64,000 bases of DNA from Camelus ferus (Eukaryota), in contig NC_045697.1 in assembly GCF_009834535.1 (NCBI RefSeq), positions 73,410,001 to 73,474,000 on the forward strand. Reading direction: 5' to 3'. Under the pieces are notes generated by a model. The model saw only the letters and a list, made by a program, of their open reading frames with translations, did not search any database and was not told where the DNA came from. The translations under genes and the position numbers were made by a program. Shown here one piece after another: positions 37,301-49,900 of the stretch (position 1 is its first letter; every line of letters starts with the position of its first letter).

Positions 37301-38809
37301 CTCCAAAAGATGTGACCAGATCATTCTCTCATTTTGTATTTTTACATTTCTTTTCTACCAAACCCTACCACACTAACTGCATTTATTATGGAATTGAATT
37401 TCTTATATTTTCTTAAGAAGAAAAGAGCACAAACAGAAAACAACAAAGTGTGTGGAGAACTGACTGAGTTAGAAAAAGGATATAATAAGTGTTCACAAAT
37501 TTCAGAAATAATGCACTTTTGTTTACCTTTTTCATTAATGACTGGGAGAGGTACACTTCAAAAGTGAAATTTTGGTGGCTTACCCCAAAAATGAGGATGG
37601 TGAAGAAAGGTGGTGACACTGACGTGACTGAGCACACAGGCTCCGTGGACCTAAAAGGAGCAGGAGTAGCTGATGCAAGGAAGAGGGAAAGCCGCACAGC
37701 GCGGGCTGGCTGTACTCACACGGAGAACAGAGAACACAGTGCGAACACGGACCAGAAGGACACAGTGAAGCCATGGTCAACGTGAAAATAATACTTCCTA
37801 ACTTTTCTTACCAAGCCATCCTATTAGAGACTAGTGAAATCATCCTTGCAGAAGTACTGAAAAAAGCCACTCCTGAAAATCACTCCCCAAAATAGCTCTC
37901 CTAGCTCTAGAGCTGTGTGATACACACCCAGCGTTCCTCGCCCTACCGCAGAGCCCCAGCCAGGAAGCCTGCTTTGCAGGAATCACATCAACTTTCTCCT
38001 TTAATGACCGTCTCCCCTGGAATCCACAGTCACTGTGCCACTTACATCCCTCAGTCCTGGGGAACATTAGCAAGCAGCACTCTCAGAAAAGGGGAAGTTT
38101 TTAGTATCCTCAAATCTCCTCTTTTTTCCATCTTCCACATTTGGCTTAATATTTCTCTAGTTTCCCTGATAGAACTCTGTGCTTTGGAGAAATACGTCCA
38201 TAATCATTTATCTGTAGTGCGTGATGTGCCCACTTTATCTGGCTTATTCCTGCGAAGTCACCACTAATTACAGAAGACAAATCTTTATTCCTAAATGAGA
38301 GAATTTTAAAAGCAAACTAAGCCAATGATGACATTCGCCTGGAAGGAAGTAGGGATAGGAAGGGGGGTGCTATGGGACTTATCAGAGGGCCTGCAAATAT
38401 GACATTAAACATAATACACATCCAGTACCTCACTGGCCATCATGCTGGACTAGGGTGCAGGACACATTGGCCAATATTTCTATTTTAGTTGCTGGATCAC
38501 AGGGTAGCCATAATTGTAAATCAAAATACATGAAAACAACTTATTTCATCTCCTTGACTCAGAAAGTAGGCTCTCTGCTGAAAAGAAAAAAAAATTTTTT
38601 CACATGCCAGCGATGTTCTTTCCCTGCTTATCTGTCTGATTTCAAGGCCATAAGTGGGTTATACCATCTAATATCAAAATTTTAAAAAATTATATGTATC
38701 AAATGATTAATTGCTTGATGATTTGCAAATAAAAATAGGGTTTATGTGTCATTTTACTTCTCAAGGAGGTAGTGGAGGAGTAAAAAAAAAAAAATTGATC
38801 AATACATAT

Positions 38810-39040
38810 AGATGATTAAGAACACTGAGCTGATTTCAGCAAATTGAAGCCCAGGGCCAAGAACTGTCTTTGACTTGCTTTCTGACCTCTGGCAAATCAA
38901 TTAAAATTCATCTCTACTCACTTGCCACACCTTTAAAAGTAGAAATAAAAAGAATCTCTCCTTACCTACCCAAACAATTGCTGAAATGTAAGAGATGAAC
39001 CTCAAAAATAACTTTGCAGTAAATACCATGTGACAAGTAT
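38810..39040 (+). mobile_element. MIR SINE (degenerate)
   Basis: GATTAAGAACACTGAGC...CTGACCTCTGGCAAATCAATT core. Confidence 0.5.
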
Positions 39041-39866
39041 TAGTTTAAAGCAGTGACACATATGATAGAGAAGAGTCCTAGAGGTCAGTGTGAAACAAAT
39101 ACAAACGTCTGGAAACAATACTTGGGTAAATTAAAAAAGAGTCTCTTGGAAGGGGAAACATAAAGTCAAACTACTAGAGTGAAAATAGTTGAGACATTGA
39201 CACATATTTAGGCATGGTTTCGGAAGGAAAAGTTTCCATTAGGAGGGAAAACTTTTCACCTATTTTCAACATCTCTTTCACACCTCTCCCTTGTTTGCAG
39301 CCCTGGCTATCCCTGCCACTGGTAAGGCAAGATCTAGAGTGACGTTTTAGTATTTGTATGTGGTTTCTTCAAAATACGGTTTTCCATCAAGCAGCACAAG
39401 CTTGGGTCATTCTAATCTCTCTTCCAAATTTTATTTATACTTTCTTTCTATAGATATGAGACACACTTTACTCTGATTTTATCAAGCAACAATAACTTAT
39501 TTTCAGACACTGAATGATATGTGCACATTAAACAAAAGAAATGATGCATTCAAAGCCTAAATGCAATTAAAGATGCTTTATAAATATTTTTAAAACACTT
39601 TTATAAATTCTCTATAATTTTAAGAATCTGGGTAAATATACATAGTCCATTTCAACTTATAGCCCCAAATGTCAATTGTGTTTATGAAAATTCCTACACA
39701 ATTCAGATATTTCTCAGAATTCAAAGAATGATATTAGAAAAATATACAACCATATTCTAAAAAATAGCCAGGAATAGTCTGGGAGAGGTGGAAAAAAAGG
39801 CCAGAGTTGAGGTTAAGTCTATTCATGTAACAAAAGTTGATTTTAAAGTCCGCTGATACCCAATCC

Positions 39867-39894
39867 CACACACACACACACACACACACACACA
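39867..39894 (+). repeat. (CA)n microsatellite
   Basis: Directly visible. Confidence 0.9.
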
Positions 39895-40041
39895 TCAATT
39901 GAGTTGTGAGCCATGCTTATTTACACCTCATTCTAATTGTATGTGATGCGGTTGTAAGAACAGCTTAGAAATTAAAAAAGCATATGTTGCTAATGTAGTA
40001 TAGTTAAATAAGTATAGGACATACTGAGTCAACTGTGCTTA

Positions 40042-41413
40042 TTTTTTTGAAGGATAGTTGTTTACAATGTGTCAATTTCTGGTGTACAGCATAATGTTTC
40101 AGTCATATATATACATACATATATTTCTTTTCAAATTCTTTTTCATTATAGGCCATCACAAAGTACTGAACATAGTTCCCTGTGCCATATATACAGTAGG
40201 ACCTTGTTGTTTATCTATTTTATATATAGTAGTTAGTATCTGCAAATATCAAGCTCCCAGTTTATCCCTCCATGCCCCACCCTTTCCCCACCTGGTAACC
40301 GCAATTTTGTTTCCTATATCTGTGAGTGTGTTTCTGTTTTGTAAATAAGTGCATTTGTCTCATGTTTTTAGATTCTGCATCTAAGTGATATCATATGGTA
40401 TTTTTCTTTCTCTTCCTGTCTTACTTCACTTAGTATGATGATCTCCAGGTCCATCCATGTTGTTGCAAATAGCATTATTTTATTATTTGTTATGGCTGAG
40501 TATTATTCCATTGTATATATATACCACATCTTTATCCAATCATCTGTCAAAGGACATTTAGGTTGCTTCCATGTCTTGGATATTGTAAATAGTGCTGCTA
40601 TGAACATTGGGGTGCATGTATCTTTTTAAATTAGAGTTTCCTCTAGATATGCACCCAGGATGAGATTGCTGGATCATATGGTAAGTCTATTTTTAGTTTT
40701 TTAAGAAATCTTCACACTGTTTTCCATAATGGCTATACCAAACTATATTCCCACCAACAGTGTAGGAGAATTTCCTTTTCTCCACACCCTCTTCAGCACT
40801 TATTGTTTGTGGATTTTTTTGTATGATGGCCATTCTGACTGGTGTGAGGTGATACCTCATTGTGGTTTTGATTTGCATTCCTATAATAGTTAGCAATATT
40901 GAGCATTTTTTCATGAGCCATTTGTATGTCTTCATTGGAGAAATGTTTGTTTAGGTTTTCTGCCCATTTTTTATTGGATTGCTTGTTTTTTTGTTATTAG
41001 CTGTTTGTATATTCTGGGAATTAAGCCTTTGTCAGTCTCATTGTTTGCAAATATTTTCTCCCATTCTGTAGGTTGTCTTTTCATTTTGTTTGTAGTTTCC
41101 TTTGCTGTGCAAAAGCTTTATAAGTTTAATTATGTCCCATTTGTTTATTTTTGCTTTTATTTCAGTTGCATTGGTAGACTGCCCTAGGAGAACATTGCTA
41201 AGATTTATGTCAAAGAATGCTTTGCCTGTGTTTTCTTCTAGGAGGCTTATAGTGTCTTGGCTTATATTTAAATCTTTAAGCCATTTTGAGTTTATTTTTT
41301 TACGTTGTGTGAGAGAGTGTTCTAACTTCATTGATTTACATGCAGCTGTTCAGTTTTCCCAATACCACTTGCTGAAGAGGCGGTCTTTTCTCCATGGTTT
41401 ATTCCTGCCTCCT
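40042..41413 (-). mobile_element. L1 LINE, 5'-truncated, about 1.4 kb, with TSD
   Basis: Minus-strand ORFs MKLEHSLT..KINSKWLKDLN and [20 protein letters not shown] (L1 ORF2). TSD TGAGTCAACTGTGCTTA (40025-40041) and TGAGTCAACTTTGTTTA (41414-41430). Confidence 0.95.
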
Positions 41414-41769
41414 TGAGTCAACTTTGTTTAGATATAATACCTACAAATTGTAAGGCTCCATGGGAGTGACTTTGTAAACACCAGATTCAAAAAGTTACAT
41501 CAAATTTTCCAAACTATGTCACTCTGTCGTATTGTTAGATAATGTTTAAAGTCCTTAGAAATACACCACCACATGGGGAGTTAATTTTCACACTTATCTG
41601 GTATCTGGAAGAGGTTAAGCTAAGCTGTGGGAAAGATGGTACCTTTTCCTGCTCTAGATCTAAGTCTCTGTTGGACTGAATGGAGGAGCTCTCTCAGATT
41701 GGCCAAACCTGGAGAAAGGGCATGAATTAGCAATTGATCTCAAAAATAAGATAGAGAATGCCATTACAT

Positions 41770-42010
41770 CACATTTATTAATATGGGAGGACATTTGCAA
41801 TGTATTGTTAAAATGATAGAGGTAAATTATAAAACAATATTTATAGTCATTAATAATTTTGTGAGCAAGGAATAAAAAAAGAAAATATTTAAGTAGATAT
41901 AAGCAAGAATTCATAATGATTATCTTTAGGTGACAGTTGTGGAAGTTTTCTTGCTTTATCTGAAATTTCTAATATTACTCAATGAACAAACATTATTCTG
42001 CCATAAAAGA
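41770..42010 (+). mobile_element. Old L1ME-like 3' end
   Basis: TTTTCTTGCTTTATCTGAAATTTCTAATATTACTCAATGAAC...ATTATT terminal pattern. Confidence 0.5.
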
Positions 42011-42399
42011 AATGGTATTTTTAACTTTTAACAAAAAAAAATCAGTTTTTGTCTTCTTTTCTGAGATATTACCTCAGATTTGATATTCTCTCAGGTTTTG
42101 ATTCATGCATATTTGATATTTAATAGACATAAATTTTCCTTCATGTTACATGCATATTTGCATGTAATCTATAGATTATGCAGATAAATGTATCTAGTAA
42201 GTAATGACAGATTTAAGTTTATATAAAATTAACAAGAGCTTTTAACCTCATCATTCAATGGTAACAAATTTTGCTGAGACCTTTAAGTTAATTTTATTTC
42301 ATGCTAACAATAGGAATAAATTTTTGACTTGTAAAATTAATAGGGTCATATAAAATTAATAGTTATTGGTTTGTTTCTCCAGTTACTTGCAGAGAGTCT

Positions 42400-42560
42400 T
42401 ACAATCATATAATGATTTAGGGCTACAGGAGATCATCAGCTTAACCCATTAATTTTACAGATAAGTATTCTGAGGTTCAAAGAGACTAAGAAATTATGCA
42501 AGGTCACTCATTTATTTCATGGCAGTCAGTACTATGACCAAGTCTTCTGATGTTGAGTCC
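42400..42560 (-). mobile_element. MIR/MIR3 SINE
   Basis: AATTTTACAGATAAGTATTCTGAGGTTCAAAGAG...CAAGGTCAC. Confidence 0.7.
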
Positions 42561-43109
42561 ATTTAAGGTCACAGTGTATACAAAAGAGCCAGAAAGAATT
42601 CACTTCTTTCTTCTGAAATTCTTTGCTTTACTCTGTTTGAAATTCTGAAGTTCTTTCTCTAATTTTAAAGTACTTAGTTTATCTCTTTAGAACTTATCTT
42701 TTAATATTAATCAATTTAGATTTAGGTTTACCTTGAAGCAATTTAAGACACAGGTAGTGCTAAATATATACATTAAATATACAGCTATGGCTTTTAAAAA
42801 GTTTTGATCTTACGCCCTAATTCCACTTAGCTGACATGTTGAATTTTCAAGAACAATTTTATAGATTTCAATTTAGAGGTCAAGTAATGTAAATTCACAT
42901 GTGTCTGGCAGTAATCCACAGGAATGGTTCAAAAATACCGTAGTGTTGCACTTGCGTGCGCACACACACACACACACATACACACGGTTACAAACTTACA
43001 TTTAGTTCATTTTGATAATAAGTGATATTGAGTATGATAATCTGTTTTAACTAATATTTCAAATGAGGAATCATTTAAAACATTGATCACATTTAGGAAG
43101 CAACACGGC

Positions 43110-43330
43110 ATGGGGAAGGGCTTTGGAATCTTAAACATCAAAGTGAACTTCCAGTCCACCTACCAACATTCAGACCTTGAGGTAAATTGTTCAACCTTTT
43201 TGGGCTTGTTTTCCTATGAAAGTAGGATTTAAATCTACCTAGAAGATTTTTTGAATGGAAAGAAATCTTATGTGAAACACCCAGATTATTGAAGGACACA
43301 TAGAAAGCATTCAATACATTGTACCTTATT
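43110..43330 (+). mobile_element. MIR SINE
   Basis: GGGCTTTGGAATC...GACCTTGAGGTAAATTGTTCAACC...ACACATAGAAAGCATTCAATA. Confidence 0.6.
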
Positions 43331-43759
43331 TTTAAATTAGACTTTACATAGAAAATGCATAAGCAGCGTCCTTTTTAAACTCCGTTAATCTGTATTTTCC
43401 TTCCGTTCATGCTCATCCAGTTGTTCACTGTTACGATAACAGGTTACAGTCTCATCTTATTCCATAGCTCAACAGACCATGGAAGAGTAGGTTCAAGGGA
43501 AAACCTGGTCTCCTCTGAGGAGAATAGGAAATTTCAGAAAGAGGATGCAGTATATAGTCTATATTTAAGAAGTTCAATTATCTTATCCCATGTGCAGAAA
43601 CAACCAGAATGTAAACATTTCCAAAAATCTTAAATTTATAAGGATTCTTAAAAATTTTTGTTAGTCATCAGACCTCCACATGAATGTAAGCAAAGCATGT
43701 TACTGAGGATATAGGTGTTAACTGCCTCTGCCTCTGCAGAAAAGTGAACAGCACACTGT

Positions 43760-44560
43760 GGAAGACACAGAAGCTATCTTCAACCATTTGGATGGCTGTC
43801 ATATTGTATCAGCCAGGGTTGCTTGTTACAAGCAACAGAGATGGACTTTGAATGGTTTAAGAAGAAAAGTCAATTATGGAGTAGCTCATAAAATCACTAG
43901 GAAGACTCAGAACCAGGCTTGGGAAAGGGCATGAACAAAGAAGGCTTAGTAGCAGCCAGGATCCCATCCAGAATCATCCCACAAAACCAGCAAACACACC
44001 CCTGTGCTGCCACGCCACTGGACACGTGACCTCGTGGCCTGTACTGCCGTCACCCTGGCTCTGAACCCCAGACGCCACTGTTGCTCTCCTACTCTACTGC
44101 CTGTAGAAACACAACCTTTCAATCTTTCTTGCCATTGCTTGCTGCTACAGGGCATTGTCTGCGGTCCTTTTTTTCTAGGTTCACCAGCACTAGACTTAAA
44201 GTTGAGCTAAGGAAGACTGTGAATAAATATTTCTGCTTTAGCCTCTCCTCTCTCCCTCTATAAGTGAGTTCTCTAAACAGAGGAGGGTTCAGATGTTGGG
44301 CAGCCAAGGAAATACACAAAGTATCCACTATCTAACTGGAAGAGCAGGCAGAGTTTTTTTCTGAGTTGCTACAACAGAAAGCAGGACTAAGAGAAATATA
44401 GAGGGAAAGAGGTTTGGGGTTTGCAAATTTAAACATGATAAGAAACTTTCCACAAAATTAAATTGTTAAAGAATGAGATAACTATTCTAGAACTTTGGGA
44501 ACTTGCTGACACTACTGAAAGTTAAGTAAGTGCTATATGGCCATCAGAAAAAAGAGCTAC
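43760..44560 (+). mobile_element. L3/CR1 3' fragment split by an old MaLR-like LTR (about 43805-44329, minus)
   Basis: GCTATCTTCAACCATTTGGATGGCTGTCAT resumes after the insert as GGAAGAGCAGGCAGAG...AAGAAACTTTCC. The insert starts TGTATCAGCCAGGGTTGCTTGTTACAAGCAACAGA. Confidence 0.6.
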
Positions 44561-45019
44561 AGAAAACAATAAAACAACAAGGGTTTTTTGTGTATTTCCA
44601 CCATATTCTATGTTATGAGCCTGTTGCAAATATCTCCAGGGGTCTGGGACACACAGAGCTCCTCACCTTCCTGTGCAACTTGGTCAACTCTGTAAACTCC
44701 CAGGTGTTTTAATATTAACTATATATATTTCTGTGGTCAATATCTCTATCTATATGATATATTCATACATATATGATGTGATATATATTATATATGTTAT
44801 ATACTATACATAAATAATATTTTCTATTCAAAGGTAAACCTGCTAGTGAAGTAGATCTGCAAGCACAGTATAGATTATAAATAATAACAATAAAGCTAAT
44901 AGATTACCTGCTGACATTTATACAAAAAGTCCAATCAGACCCCTGACTTTCAGATGTGACTGGTATTTACAAAGTTTTGAAATTACTTATGCTTCTGAAT
45001 TTTATTAATAATAATAATG

Positions 45020-45240
45020 GCACTGTTAACAACAATATACTTATTGTACTACTAAGTGCTTAAGTATATCATCTAATTTAAACCTCACAGCAACACAGTA
45101 AGTTTGTTATCCTCATCATCAGGTGAAGACACAATCTCAAAGCTGTTACCTATGTTTTCTAACTTTGCAGGGCTGGATAGTGATAGAATCTGCGCTAGAA
45201 CCACGGCCAATCTGACTCTAGCATCCCTGCTCTTAGTGAC
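45020..45240 (-). mobile_element. MIR SINE
   Basis: CTAAGTGCTTAAGTATATCATCTAATTTAAACCTCACAGCAAC...TCTGACTCTAG. Confidence 0.7.
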
Positions 45241-45764
45241 TGCCTCTCCACTCATTGGTCCTTTTGCATCTTCTATGATAACTGTTGTCTCTACCCTTTC
45301 TGCTTTTTCTTCTCAGCCACCCATAGCTGCTCTATTTCTTGATGTATAAATTCTGCATGTGCTCAAGGTATTTATGGTGTCCACCTGCTTGCATCCATGT
45401 AGCAAATAAATGTTCAGTTTTACAGCAATCATTTACCTTTTTGTATAGCTCCCTCCCCATAGAAAACACAAGCCTCCCTTCCATTCCTGGAGAGCAGTGG
45501 GGCTCCAGACCCTCAGAGCTGGATGTCCTGATGTCAAAATAATCCACATACCATTCAGATGCAACATCTCAAGAGACTGCTAGGGTTCTAAGTTGAACCT
45601 CAGGAATCCATGGGGAGAGATTTCAGAGGAAATTGGGATGTTTAGTAACAGAAGACAGAACCACTATTTTACAAACATTAGTTATAATTATGGCAGTTTT
45701 AAAAGGAATTTAGTCAAATGTCATAGGCCCATGAGTTAGGCAAACCTTACTCCTAAGGCATCAT

Positions 45765-46130
45765 CTCTTTCCACCCAGTGCAAAAATACCCTCTACGACA
45801 CCCATGACAGATGGTTCTTCACCTCTGCCTGAATACTTCGGGAAATGGAGAACTCTGGCCTATTTTATATTGAATAAGGAGCTTCCTGTTGCTGCTGGCA
45901 CAAAGTTTTTCAGGCCTAGAAATCAGAATTTATCAGCTCACTGGGGAGCTTCAGAAAATAGAACCACATGCCTGCTATTCTGGGCACCATCTTTCATTAT
46001 CAAGGTATCTGGAAACTAAATGAATAATCAGAAGGATGCTTTCTAAACTTAGAATAATAGAAAATAAAATTACATATTATTATAAAATTTTTCCCTCAAG
46101 TCATGGAAAAAGCTTCGTGAGTTATTCCTG
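45765..46130 (-). mobile_element. L3/CR1 fragment
   Basis: CCCTCTACGACACCCATGACAGATGGTTCTTCACCTCTGCCTGAATACTTC resembles antisense L3. Confidence 0.6.
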
Positions 46131-46279
46131 TCCAACCACAGAGAGAACATTTCTAATAAGTGGAATGTAGAGGCTCTCTCTCTCTTTCCGGAAAAATGCT
46201 GAATAAATTCAATCCAATTTCTCAAACAACCAGTTTTTATCAGCCACCAAATCCATCACCGCATGCCAGATTTTTCCTA

Positions 46280-49130
46280 GGGTGACACGGTGCGTGCTGG
46301 TGAGGAGGGGTATCGGCACACTGAACGCCCAGTAGTGGCCGTCTTTTGCAGGCTGGTACTGACAGTAGGAGCTGCTATTACAAAACTGGGCTCCCGAGTA
46401 GCAAGGGGACGACAGGACCTAGAACAGCAGAGACTAGTGCTGCACTTCACCTCAGAAGCAGACTGGACAGAATTACGTTAAGTGGCAGCAGCGTTAGAAG
46501 GACAGGACCTGCAGTGGGGGTGGGGGGTGGGGCCGGGGGCTGCTGACCTTCAGGAATCTACGGAGGTGGCTCCTAGAACATGCTGTTTTGAAAGGCAAAA
46601 AAGATGAGCCACCAACAAGAGAGCTGCTTAATATATAATTAAAAGAGATGAAGAATGAATGAGCAGAAGCCTGAGATAGGGTGCCCTAATGAAAGTCACG
46701 ATCCTTCACTCAGTTTCCAGATTTCTGCCAGTTCTAAGACCAAAAACCTGACAAAGGAGAGGCAAGATCTTCATAAAGAAGGGCCCTGATACAGCATGTA
46801 TTTAGAAGTGGTTTCGCCTTGTTTTTCTTTTTTTTCCCCCATTTTTTAAATTGAAGTATAGTCAGTTTACAATGTTGTGTCAATTTCTGATGTACAGCAT
46901 AATGTTTCAGTCATACATATACATACATATACTTGTTTTCATATTCTTTTTAACCATAAGTTACTATAAGATATTGAATATAGTTCCCTGTGCTATATAG
47001 TATAAACGTATTGTTTATCTATTTTATATATATTAGTTAGTATCTGCAAAGCTCAAACTCCCAATTTATCCCTTCCCACCCCATTCCCCCTCTGGTAACC
47101 TAAGTTTGTTTTCTAGAGCTAAGAGTCTATTTATGTTCTGTAAATAAGTTCATTTATGTCCCTTTCTTTCTTAGAGGGGTCTATGGTTATTTACTCAAGA
47201 AACATATACGGGGCAGAGCCTGAGTCTGGCTCAGGAATGGCATGGAATGGGGATATAAGCAGAAAATGGACTGCTGCTGCACCATAGGCTCTACTCAAGA
47301 ATGACCTCATGTGACAGCAATGGCGGATATCCTCCCAAAGAGCAGATCTTAGAGCTATACATCTGCTCATTTACTTTGAGTGGAATGAAAAGTTGCCTGA
47401 GGTTACAGTCTCACGGGCAGTGATGAATGACTTAGATTGCTGGTCAGGGCCACGGAAGGACCTGGAAAAGGAAGTTCAAGGAAATAAGCAGTGTCTGGGC
47501 TTATGGTTAAAAGCAAAATGTATTAGGATCTCTGTGCCACACTTTAATGTTCATGAAAGACACCCACTACATTTCAGCACTTACACAATAGGCTTATGAA
47601 CAGAGTAAACTTTGGGGGAAAGATGGAAGCCAAGTATGGGCCTAAGAGCACAGGCTTCTTCTCACAAATACTAATGTAGCTACCACTGTTCATCAATGTC
47701 CAATCTGCCAGTAGCAAAATTCAGCATTGAATTCCTGACATGGTACCAGCCAAAAAATTGGTGACAAGTTGATTACATTGGGTCCTTAATCTCCTAGATA
47801 GGGTAAGGTTCCCTTATGACCTTGATTGACTGTATTTGCATCTGAGTTTGTCTTCCTGCCTAGAGTGCCACCACCAGCACCTTCCAAGGGTTTATGAAGT
47901 ATATAAGCAATTGACATGGGGTTTTTCATAATGTTGTCTTAAAATTAAGAAGTCATCTTATGGCAAAGGAAGCATGGCACTGAACACATGACCATGAGAT
48001 CCACTGGTGCTAATCACATACCACAACAGTCAGAAGCTGCCTTTGTGATAAACTATTGGAATGGTCTCCTGAAGGCTTACCTGAGGCACAGCTTAGAGGT
48101 GACATCCCATAAGGGTGAGGAGGTATTATTCAAGATACAGTATATGCCTTAAACCAATGGTCATTATATGGTACCATATACCCAATAAATAGAATACATG
48201 GGCTCATGAAACAGAGTGGAAGCAGGAGTGGTCCTGCTTACCACTTGTCCACTTAACGACTTTGGGAATTTCTGCTTCCTGTCTCTTCAGCTTTAGGCTC
48301 TGTATGTCTAGAGTTCCTGATTCCAAGGGAAGGGATGCTTCCATCAAGGAACTTGGTAAGTAAGAGTCCCACTGAACTTTTATGCTGTAGCCACCATTGT
48401 AACACTTTGGGATCCTTGTGCCAGTAAAGCAGGATCTAAAGAAAAATAACATTATCTCTGGCAGGTATAATTGGTCCTGATCATCATGAGGAAGTAGAAC
48501 TAAAGCTACACAATCAGGACAGGAAGGAATATATTTGACACTCAGGTCATCCATTGGAGAGCATTCATTGATAGGCCCATGCTCAGTCTAATCTGGGAAG
48601 GTAACCAGAGCTTAGACTCCTCAGGGTCAAAGGTCTGGGTCGACTTACCAGGCAAGCTACCTAGACCAGCAGGAGAGGATGATGGGTATTATTCCTAGAC
48701 TCAGGACCAAAGGAGCCACGAGAATGATTGTTTTTCTTCTACTAACTCTTCTTATAAGTTTTCCCAGAAATTGTAACTAACCAGAAAATCTTGAGAAGCT
48801 GTGCCTGGATTGAGTAAATTTAATTAAGAAGCAAGTGGATCTGAGTGTTTCAAGAGGGGGACAATAGTAAATGCTGTTGGTGACCCACTCTTCCTTACTA
48901 GCTATTGCTCCCATCCCAGATATGATATCATCTTATAGCTGCTGTGAGCATTAGCTAACAACTCATAGCTGTCTCTTTATTCAGAGAATGGTGTTTGGTC
49001 AAACCGAAGCTACCACATCCTGAAACTATGCCCCACATGGAGGAGGAGAAACTTTTGCCAGTGATTGACGTTACTGATTTACTGAATTAGTTTTGTCCAT
49101 TTGCACAAGTCAGGTAGAGATCTTCCTTTG
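46280..49130 (+). mobile_element. ERVL (class III, ERV3-16/LTR16-like) provirus fossil: gag C-terminus, RNase H, integrase, dUTPase, PPT, 3' LTR
   Basis: VVAVFCRLVLTVGAAITKLGS and QFPDFCQF (46711) are gag-like. KWTAAA (47264) is RNase H. CPIC (47697), QVDYIG (47765) and WNGLLK (48057) are integrase. HFGILVP (48403) and LAGIIGPDHHEEVELKLHN (48458) are dUTPase. PPT AAGAGGGGGA at 48852. Confidence 0.9.
46825..47170 (-). mobile_element. L1 3' end inserted into the ERVL
   Basis: Poly(T) then TTGAAGTATAGTCAGTTTACAATG..., same family as 14456 and 40042. Confidence 0.9.
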
Positions 49131-49139
49131 AAATGTCAT

Positions 49140-49760
49140 TGGTTATGACTATGATCTCAGATATCTGCAAGAGCCTCCTAGCTTGTTGACCTTCCTGTAG
49201 TCCTGTTCTCTTACAGCCCACCTTGCATACTGTGTCAGATGGATCTCCCTAAACTTCATTTTCATCGTGTCAGTCTGCCCTTCAAGAATCTGTAATGGTC
49301 ATTTAATGCCTACCACATTAAGACCGCTTACATTACAGGTCAGTTTAACAAATATTAGTTGAGTATAGTCACTGTGCCAGAGACTGAAGACACAAATATG
49401 AATACAAAATGGCACTTGCCTTCATATTTTCACAGTCTTCAAGGGACAGTTGGACTGCTTGCTCTTAGAGGAGGACCAAGCTTTGCCAGTATTGGTATCC
49501 CCCAGCTCACAGAAGACAGTGCTGCCTGAGAAGCTTGGGCATGGTCTCAAAAGGAGATGACAATTGAACCTCATCTTGAAGAGTGGAAGAATAAGAGTTT
49601 TTCTTATGCGGATTATGGCACTGAGAAGTGCTTCCAATGAAGAGATTCCAGCGTGAGCAAGGGTGCCAAGAAAAGGGAGTGTGATGAGTTCTTGAGTGAC
49701 TGGAGTAGCAGCTCTCACTGCACTGCAGAGATATGCTGAAATGTTGGGTGGCACTCATCT
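49140..49760. mobile_element. Two L2 fragments (about 49140-49320 plus, about 49340-49760 minus)
   Basis: CTGCAAGAGCCTCCTAGCTTG..., and AACAAATATTAGTTGAGTATAGTCACTGTGCCAG. Confidence 0.6.
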
Positions 49761-49900
49761 GTGAGGTGTAATATCAGTAACTTGTGACTAATAATATTAA
49801 CATGCTGAAGTGTGTGACTGTCTCTCTTACTGAAGTAAATTAGAATTCAAAGCTCTTCCTCAGATAATGTTGGTACATTATTCCATTCTGATTTCTTCCG

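Larger units (their letters stand above)
34640..37700 (+). mobile_element. Ancient CR1-clade LINE ORF2 fossil (APE endonuclease through RT), interrupted by L1 and L2
   Basis: Collinear motifs: RKGGGYVL (34691), CYR (34744), VIVEDFNYL (34837), SSD* (35023), AESLNEFSACVFTRE (35544), FLEIHDL..SSH (about 35945), LFTFFIND (about 37519), *LMQ (about 37667). Confidence 0.8.
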
